A stretch of DNA of 64,000 bases from a virus: IMG/VR virus record IMGVR_UViG_3300045996_002640, positions 1 through 64,000 of that record, one strand, 5' to 3'. Under the pieces are notes generated by a model. It saw nothing but the letters and a program-made list of their open reading frames with translations, had not been told where the DNA came from and did no database searches. Shown here piece by piece: positions 26,759 to 36,127 of this stretch. A program made the translations under genes and the position numbers. The stretch's first letter is position 1. The number at the start of each line of letters is the position of its first letter.

Positions 26759-27202
26759 TCAGACCCTCGCGGTGTACGTCCGGCGCCGCTCAGAAGTGGG
26801 CGCCCGATTGTTGATGTAGACGATCGTGATCTCGGCCCAGTCGCTCTCCACGACAGCTGCGACCGAGAGCAGGGTGATGTCCTGGTTTTTGGTGAGCCGG
26901 GTGAGCGCTCGCCGCGCTTCGCCCTCGAGGAGCATCTTCGCGTTCTCGTCGTTTTTGCGGACGTCCGCGAAGCGCTGCCCGAGCTCGCGATTCAGAGCGC
27001 CCGATGCGCGAACCGCCGTGAGCGCGAGTTGAACCTGCGCGTCGATCGGGTCCGCGCTTGCGGTCAAACTCACAAGATCGCGCTTCCCGTCGATCGCGTA
27101 GTCCTCGGCAGCCAGCGCCGGCGGACCCGGGTACGGCCCGATTTCATCCGGCAGCCCGATGCCGATCGGGTGGAGGCCAGCGGGGAGGATGACGATCACC
27201 AC
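26759..27202 (-). CDS. baseplate sheath-initiator (Mu gp46 / T4 gp25-like)
   Basis: Size and position before baseplate J; EARRALTRL motif. Confidence 0.65.
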   Translation of the reverse strand: MVIVILPAGLHPIGIGLPDEIGPYPGPPALAAEDYAIDGKRDLVSLTASADPIDAQVQLALTAVRASGALNRELGQRFADVRKNDENAKMLLEGEARRALTRLTKNQDITLLSVAAVVESDWAEITIVYINNRAPTSERRRTYTARV

Positions 27203-27217
27203 CCGCCCATAACACCG

Positions 27218-27526
27218 TCAGGGGTCGAGCGGACAGAAGAGCGAGGGTAGGCCGGGGAGGTCGAGCGAGGGCAGCGCGGGGAGCGGGATCGAGAACCCGG
27301 GGAGCGGAATCGTCGGGAGCCCTGGCAACGCCGGCAACGCGGGAATGCCAGGTAGGTCGAGCGAGGGCAACGCCGGCAAGGGAATCGAGAACCCGGGAAG
27401 CGCGATCGTCGGCAAGCCGGGCAAAGGCGGTAGCGCCGGCGGAACCGGTAGGTTCAGCGACGGTAGCGCCGGCAGCGGGATCGAGAACCCGGGGAGCGCG
27501 ATCGAGGGGAAGGCACAATTCGACAA
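27218..27526 (-). CDS. Pro/Leu-rich protein of three ~33-aa repeats flanked by Cys
   Basis: IxLPGFSIPLPALPSLxLP x3, with a 99-bp DNA period. Confidence 0.7.
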   Translation of the reverse strand: MSNCAFPSIALPGFSIPLPALPSLNLPVPPALPPLPGLPTIALPGFSIPLPALPSLDLPGIPALPALPGLPTIPLPGFSIPLPALPSLDLPGLPSLFCPLDP

Positions 27527-27530
27527 GCGC

Positions 27531-28028
27531 TCAGGTCCACGACATCATCATCCACCGGGTCGTCGTGATCGCGACGAACATGTTTGCCGCCGATTGCCCG
27601 GCCATGTTCTGCGAAGCCGAGCCGTCGATCGTGTCCGAACCGTTCCCGTCGATGACCAGGACGTTCGCGCTGAGGACGCTCTTTTTGACGATCACCCACT
27701 TGCCGAGATCAACAGAAGTGATGTTCGGAAGCGTGACCGTGAAGCCAGCACTCGAGCAATCGCAGAGCACGATCTCTCCGAACTGAGCGGAGTAGGCACT
27801 CGTCTTTTCCGAAGTCAGGTCGAACCAGATCATCGGAAGTAGCGTCGCCGCGAGTACGTTCGCGAGGTCGGCGATCTGGGTCTTCGACGGAACGCCTGCG
27901 GCGCCTTCGGGGAGCGCGTCTACGTAGGTGGACGACGTGATAATCGCGTCGTAAATCGTCAACGCGAGCCCTGAGCCGCTCGCGCTGCCGTCGGGGTTGA
28001 TGGTGACGCTACCGACTGTTTTGGCCAT
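27531..28028 (-). CDS. baseplate/tail-associated protein
   Basis: C-terminal KTSAYSA...FTVTLP...IVKK...GSDTIDG module typical of fibre proteins. Confidence 0.7.
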   Translation of the reverse strand: MAKTVGSVTINPDGSASGSGLALTIYDAIITSSTYVDALPEGAAGVPSKTQIADLANVLAATLLPMIWFDLTSEKTSAYSAQFGEIVLCDCSSAGFTVTLPNITSVDLGKWVIVKKSVLSANVLVIDGNGSDTIDGSASQNMAGQSAANMFVAITTTRWMMMSWT

Positions 28029-28031
28029 GAT

Positions 28032-28793
28032 TCACACCGGGCTGAGGAAAAGGGAAGGGCAGGGCGGGCTCGCGAGACCAGGCAGGAGCGGCACACCAGC
28101 AATCGGGTTCGCGCCGATGGCGACGCTTCCCTTGAGGGTGATCTGCGTCGCCTGGACCGTGAACTGGCTCGGGGGGCCCGGCTTCATGTGGGCCCAGCAA
28201 TCGGCCGCCACGTTCAACAAGATCCCTTGCCCATCCATCATCGAGATTTGGTAACCGCTGCCGTGCGTAATCGAGATCGACTCGTTGCCCGAGGTCGGGT
28301 CGAGCACGATCGCGTGGGCCTTCTGCGGTACCCCATCCGAGTCGAATTGATAGGGGCAGTAGATCACGTGGATGTTGCCCCGCTGGCTGCCAACGTTGCC
28401 CGCTGTGAGGCTCAGCGAGTAGAAGCCGCCCCCGTAGCCAGCGACCGCCACCTGGCCCTCAGCGAGGCCCGAGGGGAAGGCGTTCCAGATCCGAGAGTCC
28501 TTCCAGGCCACCGGGACCAGGCCATCGGCCGTCTTGATGCACAGTACGTCGGCATGCGCCGTGTTCCCCTTGAGCTTGCCGGCGGGGAGCTGGCGCCAGA
28601 CCACCGGGAGCGGGCCATAGAGCGGCTCCTTCTCGGCTTGCTCGCCATCGGCCACGGCGCTCGCCTCGGTCGGGTCGAGGCTCGTGTTCAGCCCAGCGAT
28701 CCCCGCGATCTGGATCAGGGTCGCTTTCGTCTTCGGGTCCACCGAGCTCGCGAGCGCGCGCCCGAAAACCGCCACGTAGTCCAGCAGTGCCAT
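28032..28793 (-). CDS. baseplate central spike (Mu gp45-like)
   Basis: Start MALLDYV at 28793; GLAEGQVAV motif; position after the hub. Confidence 0.7.
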   Translation of the reverse strand: MALLDYVAVFGRALASSVDPKTKATLIQIAGIAGLNTSLDPTEASAVADGEQAEKEPLYGPLPVVWRQLPAGKLKGNTAHADVLCIKTADGLVPVAWKDSRIWNAFPSGLAEGQVAVAGYGGGFYSLSLTAGNVGSQRGNIHVIYCPYQFDSDGVPQKAHAIVLDPTSGNESISITHGSGYQISMMDGQGILLNVAADCWAHMKPGPPSQFTVQATQITLKGSVAIGANPIAGVPLLPGLASPPCPSLFLSPV

Positions 28794-29911
28794 CAGAGCC
28801 TCCAGAGCCCGCGCGCGAGCGCAAAGAGCTGCGTCACGTCGCCGCGCTCGGCGTCCCTCGTGTGCGCCACGCGGTGAATCAGGTACGCGCCGTTCGGGCT
28901 CGCCGCCGAGGTCGTGGTGATCTCGCAGACCGTGTCGGTCCCGTACGAAATGATCTGGTTCTTGTCCCAGTACGAAAAGCCGTCCGTGGTGAGCACCCAC
29001 GTCTGGCGATTCTTGTTCCGCGCGGTCCGCTCCCGGAACGCAGCGCGCGCAGCGAGCGCCTCGCTCGTCACGCCCTCCTGAATCACGAGCACCGGTCGAT
29101 AGAACCCGGCGTCGATCACTTCCTGGTCAGAGATGACGTGGCGCACCGGGACCTGGCTCAGCCCGCCTTCACCGAGGCGACCGAAGACGCCGAGCACAGA
29201 GGGGAGCTCGGACCAGTCTCGAACGAATTGCGCCGAGAGCAGGTTGTTCGCGTAGCCACCCGGACCGTTCACCATGCGGAAGTGGTAGAGCGGCATCTGC
29301 TCGTCATCGGGCGCGCCCACCACAATCTTCCCGTCCGGTGAGTCCCAGTGCATGAGCCCGAAGCGCCTGAGGTGCTTGTCCGCGGCGGCATAGATCGCCT
29401 CCGGGGGTTGGACCTTGGCCTTGTTCTCGATCATCGACTCGAACTCGGGCGGAGGCTTCGCGCCGGTGCGCGAGACGCCGGTGAGGAGGTTCCTCGAGAC
29501 GTCCGCGTCGAAGACGAAGTCGCCCGGCCCGTACCCGAGCGGCGCGTACAGCGCGAGGACGAAATCCTTGACCGAGGTGCCCGAGACGCGCGTCTTCGGA
29601 TCGGCGCTCGCGTACATCGCATCGGCGAGCTTCGTCCGGACCGAGAAGCGCACGACGCTGCCGCGCTCATCGATCGGCACGTCGTTCAAGATCGCCTTCC
29701 CGGTGAGCTTGAGCGCGTTGTTGATGTAGACCCGGTACTTGGTACCTGGCTTGACGAACCGCTCGAGCTCCTTCCAAGAGCCGTCGTCGCCCACCTCGAA
29801 CGACGCTTCGCTCGGCGCCGTCAAGTCGTACGAAATCGCGAGGGAAGTGAATCGATCGAACGCACCGATCCCCTCGGCCTCGACTCGGACCGTGTCAGGG
29901 CGTCGCTTCAT
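28793..29911 (-). CDS. baseplate hub protein (Mu gpP/gp44-like)
   Basis: 372 aa; GLMHWDSPDGKIVVG..NNLLSA motif; synteny. Confidence 0.85.
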   Translation of the reverse strand: MKRRPDTVRVEAEGIGAFDRFTSLAISYDLTAPSEASFEVGDDGSWKELERFVKPGTKYRVYINNALKLTGKAILNDVPIDERGSVVRFSVRTKLADAMYASADPKTRVSGTSVKDFVLALYAPLGYGPGDFVFDADVSRNLLTGVSRTGAKPPPEFESMIENKAKVQPPEAIYAAADKHLRRFGLMHWDSPDGKIVVGAPDDEQMPLYHFRMVNGPGGYANNLLSAQFVRDWSELPSVLGVFGRLGEGGLSQVPVRHVISDQEVIDAGFYRPVLVIQEGVTSEALAARAAFRERTARNKNRQTWVLTTDGFSYWDKNQIISYGTDTVCEITTTSAASPNGAYLIHRVAHTRDAERGDVTQLFALARGLWRL

Positions 29912-30833
29912 TGGGCACCGGTAGGGTGATGACTGAGCCCTTCTCGACGAAGAGCGGATTGACTCCGGGGTTCAGCCGGATCAGGTCCTCCACGTTCTTG
30001 TTCGTGTTCACGGCAATCGCGTAGAGGCTCGACGTGTCTTCGATCACGATGCGCGCGATCCCTTCCGGGCTGAGGTCTTTCTTCGCCTTGCGCGCAGTGC
30101 TCTTGAGCTGGATCAGCTTCCGCTGCGTCACGCTCGCATCGGGGTCCGTGAGCTGCCGCCGCGCGCGCTCGGTGGGCCGCTCGGTGGTGAACGCGCGGAG
30201 CACGCGGTTCGTCGCCGCGACTACGATCCCCGCCTGAGCGTCCAGGTCCTGCACCGTGTCGCCCGGGAAGTTCGCGATTGCCTCGAGCTTCGCCGCCGAC
30301 TCGTTCAGGTCCGCCAGCGTCGAGTCCCAGGTGGCGTCGCTCGCCGCGCTGAACGTCGTCTGCTGCGCGAGGATGAGAGCCGTCGCCTTGACCGTGGGCG
30401 GATTGAACGCGCGCGCGCCGACCGCGTCTTCGTTGTCCTCGACCCAGGTGAACGTGGCCTTCGCCTCGTCCCGAACGTCGTACGCCTCGACCCTCGAGTA
30501 GGTCAGCGCGCGCGCTCGGATCTTCCCGACCGTCGGTAGCGTCAGGTCACCGGTCTCGTGCAGATCAAACGATCGAATGAGGTCGTTCAGGATTGCCGGG
30601 TACAGGTCGGCCTTCATGCCGGGCTCGAGCACCGAGTTGTTGAAGATCACCTCGACACGCCAGCGCCGCGCCTTCGAGCCGGTGTCGTCGATCTTGGCGC
30701 CGTCGCGGTACGGCCGCTCGCGCTCGACCAGGCGGTTCGCGCCGTCCTCGCTGATCGAAGTGCAAGCGAAGAAGAGCTCCTTGCTGGAGCTCACCTTCCA
30801 GCTCGCGGGAGGCATCGACTCGAAGAGGGTCAT
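29895..30833 (-). CDS. Mu gpN-like (DNA circularisation N-terminal domain) tail protein with C-terminal LysM-like domain
   Basis: RLVERERPYRDGAKIDDTGSKARRW; SLYAIA..VEDLIRLNP..GSVITLP. Confidence 0.85.
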   Translation of the reverse strand: MTLFESMPPASWKVSSSKELFFACTSISEDGANRLVERERPYRDGAKIDDTGSKARRWRVEVIFNNSVLEPGMKADLYPAILNDLIRSFDLHETGDLTLPTVGKIRARALTYSRVEAYDVRDEAKATFTWVEDNEDAVGARAFNPPTVKATALILAQQTTFSAASDATWDSTLADLNESAAKLEAIANFPGDTVQDLDAQAGIVVAATNRVLRAFTTERPTERARRQLTDPDASVTQRKLIQLKSTARKAKKDLSPEGIARIVIEDTSSLYAIAVNTNKNVEDLIRLNPGVNPLFVEKGSVITLPVPNEATP

Positions 30834-30850
30834 GCCCTCCCCCATAACAC

Positions 30851-32842
30851 TCAGCCGGGGGTCGGTGCGTGCCCTGGCGTGCCACCGCCGCGCGGAGTCG
30901 GGGGGCCCTTGCTCGTCCCCGTCGGGGTGCCCTGAGGCACCGAAATGTTGTCGAGCGACGCGCCCAGGCGAGCCACGGCCTTCGCCGCCTTGTCAGACGA
31001 CGCCGCCAGCTCGTCTTGCTTCTTGCGCGCGTTGTCGGCCTCGAGCGTCGCGAGCGAGGTCTTCAGCTTCGAAAGCTGTTCGTTGAACTCGGTAACCGGG
31101 TGCTTCACGTCGCCGAACTTGGTCGCCCACGAACCGAAGAGATCAGCAGCGACTCCCGGGCCGCCCTCTTTCTCCATCGTCTTGATCTTGCGCTTGAGCG
31201 CCTCGGCTGCCTCCTCGCGCTCTTTCATCGAACCGACTCCGTGCGACACCATCGAGTCCGCGGTTGCTGCGGCGTTCGAACGGTCGAGCTTCTTGTCGAA
31301 GTGCTCGTCGAGCTCGGCGTCGATCGCTTCCTGACCGATCTTGTACGCAGCGATTGCGGCGCCAGCGATCATCCCGAAGTTCATCGCGAGACGCTTCCAC
31401 CCACCGTTCTTCTCGACCGTGCCCATGAAGCCGTCGCCGGCTTTCTTGAGCCGCTCCTCCGTCCCGTCGGCAAGCTGGAGCTTCTCCATCATCTTCTCGC
31501 CGAAGCCCGACGCGAAGCCGCCAAGGGCGCCCATTCCGACCTTCGCGCCGATCGCCATACCGCCCGCCAGGAGCGGGTGCTTCGTGATGAAGTTCAGGAG
31601 CTTGATCAGGCCCTCGGCGAGCTGCGGGAGGTTGTCCGCAAGCTGGTCGATCGCGTCCATCATCTCGGGCTTTCGGAACGCCTGCTCGACCTTCTCAATC
31701 GCCATCTTGAGTCGGTTCGACGGGTCCTCGAGCTGCCCCGCCTTGCTCTCCTCGACCAGCTTCTCGTAGGTCAGGGTCGTCTTCGAAAGCTTGTGCATCG
31801 CCACGTCGAACGCCGCGAGGCCCTCGAGGGTCGCCTCCTTGGTCTTCATTCCCTGCTTTTTCGCGTCGTCGAACGCTTGCTGAAATGGCGCCGTGAGCTC
31901 GTCGAAGACCACGCGCTGCTCACCACCGAGCTTGCTCGTGATCGCCTTGCGACCCTTCTCGGTCTCGAGCAGCTTCCTGATCCGGTCCATGCCGGTCATC
32001 TGAGGATCGAACTTGATCCCCGCGTCCTTCTGGAGCGCCTTCAAGTCCTTCGACCCGGTCTTCAGAACCTGGAACAGCTTCTTGAGCGCGGGCTCCGCCT
32101 TCTCGCCCACGCGCGCGTTCAGCATCTCGAGCATCCCGAGCAGCGAGCTCAGGCCCTCGCTCCCCTCGAAGCCCGCGTCGACCGCCTCGCCGGCGAGCAG
32201 GCCGAACTTGGAGCCGAGCTCGTCCAGGCTGAGCCCGCCGGCGTCGCTCTTCTCGATGAACGCCGCGAGCATGTCGGGCAGCGCCGCTGCGTCCGCGCCA
32301 AACTTGCGCCGGAGCATCGAGGCGACGTCCGCCAGCTTCCCGACCTCCTTGCCGCTCGCGCTCGCCGCGTGGCCGATCTGCTCCATGGCGAACCGGGCGA
32401 AGTCCGCGTCGCCGGTCTCAGCGAAGATCCGCTCCATCGCATCGGCGAGGTCGCTCGAGCTCTGGCCCGTCGCGTTCGCCGCGTCCTCGGCGTCCTTCAT
32501 CAGGTCCGCCCAGCCCACGGTCACCTTGCCCGCCTTGTTCATGGCGAACTCGATGTCCCGGACCTTCTCTCGGAAGCTCACCGCGCGCGAGACCATCGAC
32601 CCAATCCCGACCGCGCCGCCGAGCGTGGCCGCCGTCGCAAGGTGACCCTTGAGCATCCCGCCCACGTCCGAGAGGCTCTGCTTCATCCCGTTGAGCGCGC
32701 CCATGCCGCCGCTCGCGAACGCCTCGCCGAAGTTCTTGCGGATCGCCGATCCGAACTCGGACGTCTTCCGCTTCATGGCGTCCATGGTCGCGACGAAGCT
32801 CCCGCCGTTCAGCGTGAGCTTGATCATGGCTTCCTTCGACAT
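30851..32842 (-). CDS. tape measure protein
   Basis: 663-aa Ala/Gly/Lys-rich helical protein between the chaperone and gpN. Confidence 0.9.
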   Translation of the reverse strand: MSKEAMIKLTLNGGSFVATMDAMKRKTSEFGSAIRKNFGEAFASGGMGALNGMKQSLSDVGGMLKGHLATAATLGGAVGIGSMVSRAVSFREKVRDIEFAMNKAGKVTVGWADLMKDAEDAANATGQSSSDLADAMERIFAETGDADFARFAMEQIGHAASASGKEVGKLADVASMLRRKFGADAAALPDMLAAFIEKSDAGGLSLDELGSKFGLLAGEAVDAGFEGSEGLSSLLGMLEMLNARVGEKAEPALKKLFQVLKTGSKDLKALQKDAGIKFDPQMTGMDRIRKLLETEKGRKAITSKLGGEQRVVFDELTAPFQQAFDDAKKQGMKTKEATLEGLAAFDVAMHKLSKTTLTYEKLVEESKAGQLEDPSNRLKMAIEKVEQAFRKPEMMDAIDQLADNLPQLAEGLIKLLNFITKHPLLAGGMAIGAKVGMGALGGFASGFGEKMMEKLQLADGTEERLKKAGDGFMGTVEKNGGWKRLAMNFGMIAGAAIAAYKIGQEAIDAELDEHFDKKLDRSNAAATADSMVSHGVGSMKEREEAAEALKRKIKTMEKEGGPGVAADLFGSWATKFGDVKHPVTEFNEQLSKLKTSLATLEADNARKKQDELAASSDKAAKAVARLGASLDNISVPQGTPTGTSKGPPTPRGGGTPGHAPTPG

Positions 32843-32982
32843 GGGCTACCTCCTCCTGCGTTTCTTTCGTTCGGCGAGCGCCGCCCGCTTGGCTTCGATC
32901 TCGGCTTCGGCTTTCTTCTTCATCTCTCGCCAAATTCCAGCGAGCTCTGCCGCCGGCGAGGGATCGATCTCGATCGTGTTCT

Positions 32983-33720
32983 TCAGGACGTCGTGTCGGG
33001 CGGGCCCTCCGCTGAGGAGCTCCCAGAGCTCTCGGGTGTTGAGGAGTCCGGCGTCGAGGTCTCGGACGATGGCGATGACGATGGTGCGGTCATCAAGCTC
33101 CGCAGCAGGAGCGCCGTAGTAACTATGAAGGCGTTCTGCGTTGCGCCATCGATACCGACTAAAGGGCTGACATCCCTCCGTTCAGAAATGCTCGAGAGCA
33201 GCGCCATGTAGTCGCTGCGCGTGAGCTTCTTGACGTGGGGATTCAGCTGCTCGCGGTAGAAGTTCATCCGTTTCGCTACGAGCGTCAGCGAGTCTTCTTC
33301 GTACGTCCGCTCGAGCTCGAGCTCGTCCATGGTGAGCGACTCGTAGGGCGGAGTCGGAGAGCGGACCGCGCGCCAGAGGTTGCAGATCGTTTCGAGCGAC
33401 GCGAACTCGAGCGGGTCGCGCTTCAAGTCGATCCCCTCCTGCGCCGCGAGCTCATGCGCGCGGATACGCGCCTTTCGGTTGTCGACCAGGCGAGGCACCC
33501 GCACCCGGATCGGGACCGACTCGAACTTGCCGTCCTTGCGCCGGCGGAGGATCTGATCCGGGAAGTAGAGGTAGCCCTGGTGCTCGACGATCTCGAGCTC
33601 GCTCCACGGCTTGGTCTCGATCGCCTTCGAGAAGATGTCCGAGCGCGCCGCGTCGATCTCGTCGTCGAGCGTCTCGTCCAGCACTTCCATCACTTCTTCG
33701 GGGGTCAATTCGCGGGGCAT
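32983..33720 (-). CDS. tail assembly chaperone (a -1 frameshift product extends to 32846)
   Basis: Between tube and tape measure; slippery heptamer C CCT TTA at 33160-33166. Confidence 0.8.
   Translation of the reverse strand: MPRELTPEEVMEVLDETLDDEIDAARSDIFSKAIETKPWSELEIVEHQGYLYFPDQILRRRKDGKFESVPIRVRVPRLVDNRKARIRAHELAAQEGIDLKRDPLEFASLETICNLWRAVRSPTPPYESLTMDELELERTYEEDSLTLVAKRMNFYREQLNPHVKKLTRSDYMALLSSISERRDVSPLVGIDGATQNAFIVTTALLLRSLMTAPSSSPSSETSTPDSSTPESSGSSSAEGPPDTTS
33160..33166 (-). other. programmed -1 ribosomal frameshift site CCCTTTA
   Basis: In-frame X XXY YYZ heptamer; the -1 frame stays open to TAG at 32846-32848. Confidence 0.8.
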
Positions 33721-33813
33721 CGGGGTCTCCTGAAAAGCGAAGGGCGGGCCGCTTTTGGCGACTCGCCCTCAGAACGCAGCTGCTTCGGGTGCTGAAGACG
33801 GCCGGCGTTCGTT

Positions 33814-34185
33814 TTAGTCCTCGAGGTGTCCGACCACGACGATGTTCTGTTTGATCGCGTCGTCGATCGGGAGCTCGGTGCCGACTTGCTTGATGGCACC
33901 GTTGATCGTGAACGTCTGGCCCGGGACCTTGATCCGGAGCTGGACGATCGCGCCTTGCTTCAGCTTCTTGAGCCAGTCGCGCTCCTGACCGTCTTCGCTC
34001 ACCACGAGGTCCATGGTGACCGTGGTCTCCTCGACGCCGAACGTGATCCCCGCACCCTTCTGCCGGATGGTGTGGACCTGCTTTGCGTTGTTGGTCGTGT
34101 CCATCTTGATGTTCACGGCCGTGACCAGGTCGCCCGTCTCCATGGCGACCTGACCGCGCGGAAAAACTTTTTGCTCTGCAGCCAT
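33814..34185 (-). CDS. tail tube protein
   Basis: 123 aa, immediately after the sheath (Mu gpM position). Confidence 0.8.
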   Translation of the reverse strand: MAAEQKVFPRGQVAMETGDLVTAVNIKMDTTNNAKQVHTIRQKGAGITFGVEETTVTMDLVVSEDGQERDWLKKLKQGAIVQLRIKVPGQTFTINGAIKQVGTELPIDDAIKQNIVVVGHLED

Positions 34186-34199
34186 GGTCTCCTACTTCC

Positions 34200-35723
34200 T
34201 CAATTCGGGCGGCGCTGAACAACGACGCCGATCTTGGCGAGCGGCGCAATGATGGTGACCGGGACCACGATATCGACCTGAGTCGGGTCGCTCGCGTTCA
34301 CCTGGACGATGAGCTCGCCGTTCGCGATTGCGGTATCGAGCGCCGCGCGGAGCGCCACGCCCTGACGACACCAGAAGGCGATTCGCGAGATGACGAACGC
34401 CTTGATGTCGCGCTCCTCTACGACTCCCGGAGGCGGAGGCTCGGCGCCCGGCAGCGAATCCTTGGCGATCTTCGCGTTCGGGAACGCCGCGGGGAGCGCC
34501 GAGCGCAAGTCGCGAGCGATCACGTACGTCGAATCGACGTTCTGCACGTCGAGCAGCCGGCGGTCCGCTCCGCCCGCGCTGTCGATCGAGTAGTTCGTGA
34601 TCGGCCGCACGAGGTAGAGCTGCGACGAGGCGTTGAACGCGAGGATCGAAATCCCGTTGGTGAGCGCGTCCTCGAGCTCGGCCACCGTCGGGTTGTCCGC
34701 GATGGTGTCGGCCGAACCGTAGACGTTGTCCATGAGCTCGCCGATCCGGTTGCCAGCCGGATCGATCGAGACCATCGCGAGGCGCCCGCCGAGCTCGCGC
34801 GCTGCCAACTCACCGGGAAGCGAGCGAGCAGCGAACGCGAACACCCACTCGAGCACCTGACTGTTCCGCCCGATAGCGGCCGTCTTGGTGTTCGTCATGG
34901 TCGTCGAAGTCGTGGCGATCACCGCTTGCTGGAGCTTGGCGTTCAGGCCCGAGTTGAAGTTACCGATATGGGTCAGCAGGCGAGCCACGTTCGAACCCGA
35001 GCCGGTCGTCTCGGCGTCCGTGTTCGAAAGGCACGGCAGGATGTACGCGTACTCGCGGCCGCTCGCATTCGAGAGAACCGTGGTGATGTCCGCGTCGGTC
35101 GTACCGCCCGAGAGGTTCGTGTAGACCACCGCGCCGGTAACCGTCTCGGTCCCAGTCTGCACCAGCAGGGTGACCTTGACCCGGATGTCGTTCGAGATCC
35201 GCCCGGTGGTCTTGCCCGTGATCGTGATGATCCCGACGCCGCCCGAGCTCGCCGTGACCGGCAAGTCCTGAGTCTTGGCAACGATCGCGTTGACCGCTCG
35301 GGTCTTGAAAGTGTCGGTGCTCTCGCCGCTGTTCCATTCGACGTCGAACTCGCGCCCGGCGATGTCGAAGTGCACTGCCGTGTTCCCGGTCGGCACGTTC
35401 GTCGCGGTGATGTTCAGCGTCGCTGCCGTCGCACCAGGGGTCGGAGAAGCGAAGTCGATCTGCGCGTCCGGCGCCTTGAGGTAGATCTGCTTCGCGGCGA
35501 GGTGCCCGATCGTACCGACGCCGAATGCGGTACCGGCCGACTCGGGACCAGCGCCCGCGCGGATCTCGGTGTCGTTCGTCAGCGTGCCGGCCGAGCCCTT
35601 CGGGGCGATCAGCAAAACGCGGAGGATGCCAGTACTCGGCGCCGCCGCGCCGGCCAGCAGGTTAATCGAGAGGTAAAGACCCGGCGTGACCTTCGCCGGG
35701 CTGACCGCGACCGGAATGCTCAT
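34200..35723 (-). CDS. contractile tail sheath protein (Mu gpL-like)
   Basis: PGLYLSIN N-terminus; LEDALTNGIS..VRPITNY..LLDVQ; C-terminal DIVVP. Confidence 0.92.
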   Translation of the reverse strand: MSIPVAVSPAKVTPGLYLSINLLAGAAAPSTGILRVLLIAPKGSAGTLTNDTEIRAGAGPESAGTAFGVGTIGHLAAKQIYLKAPDAQIDFASPTPGATAATLNITATNVPTGNTAVHFDIAGREFDVEWNSGESTDTFKTRAVNAIVAKTQDLPVTASSGGVGIITITGKTTGRISNDIRVKVTLLVQTGTETVTGAVVYTNLSGGTTDADITTVLSNASGREYAYILPCLSNTDAETTGSGSNVARLLTHIGNFNSGLNAKLQQAVIATTSTTMTNTKTAAIGRNSQVLEWVFAFAARSLPGELAARELGGRLAMVSIDPAGNRIGELMDNVYGSADTIADNPTVAELEDALTNGISILAFNASSQLYLVRPITNYSIDSAGGADRRLLDVQNVDSTYVIARDLRSALPAAFPNAKIAKDSLPGAEPPPPGVVEERDIKAFVISRIAFWCRQGVALRAALDTAIANGELIVQVNASDPTQVDIVVPVTIIAPLAKIGVVVQRRPN

Positions 35724-36058
35724 TTGCCCTTCTCCTTGGACTTCTCAGCCGCAGCCACGGCCGTCTCTTCCGCCGCTTTCGCAGCCTTTGCCTCAGCCTC
35801 GGAAGCCGCCGCTTGCGCCGCGAGCCACGCTTCGTACGCCGCCTCGGTGCGAACGATCAGAACGCCCGCGTTGACGCAGCGCGTGTACTCCTTGAGGTAG
35901 GAGCTCCACTCGCCGAGCGGGATCTTCACGACCTCGTCCGCGTTGAACGTGCTCTCGCCCGTCGCGAGGTTCACGGTCGCGCCGATGTGAGAGCGCGTTC
36001 CGTAGCGCGAGACGAGCGCGCCCGGCTTGCACGAAACGAACTTTGCTTCCTCGGGCAT
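35720..36058 (-). CDS. small protein preceding the sheath (Mu gp38 position)
   Basis: Synteny; YTRCVNAGVL. Confidence 0.65.
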   Translation of the reverse strand: MPEEAKFVSCKPGALVSRYGTRSHIGATVNLATGESTFNADEVVKIPLGEWSSYLKEYTRCVNAGVLIVRTEAAYEAWLAAQAAASEAEAKAAKAAEETAVAAAEKSKEKGK

Positions 36059-36127
36059 GGGGTATCCCCGCCCCTATCACTCGAGGTCAAGAGAACACAA
36101 GCGCGACCCGCGTTGGGCGCCCGACGC

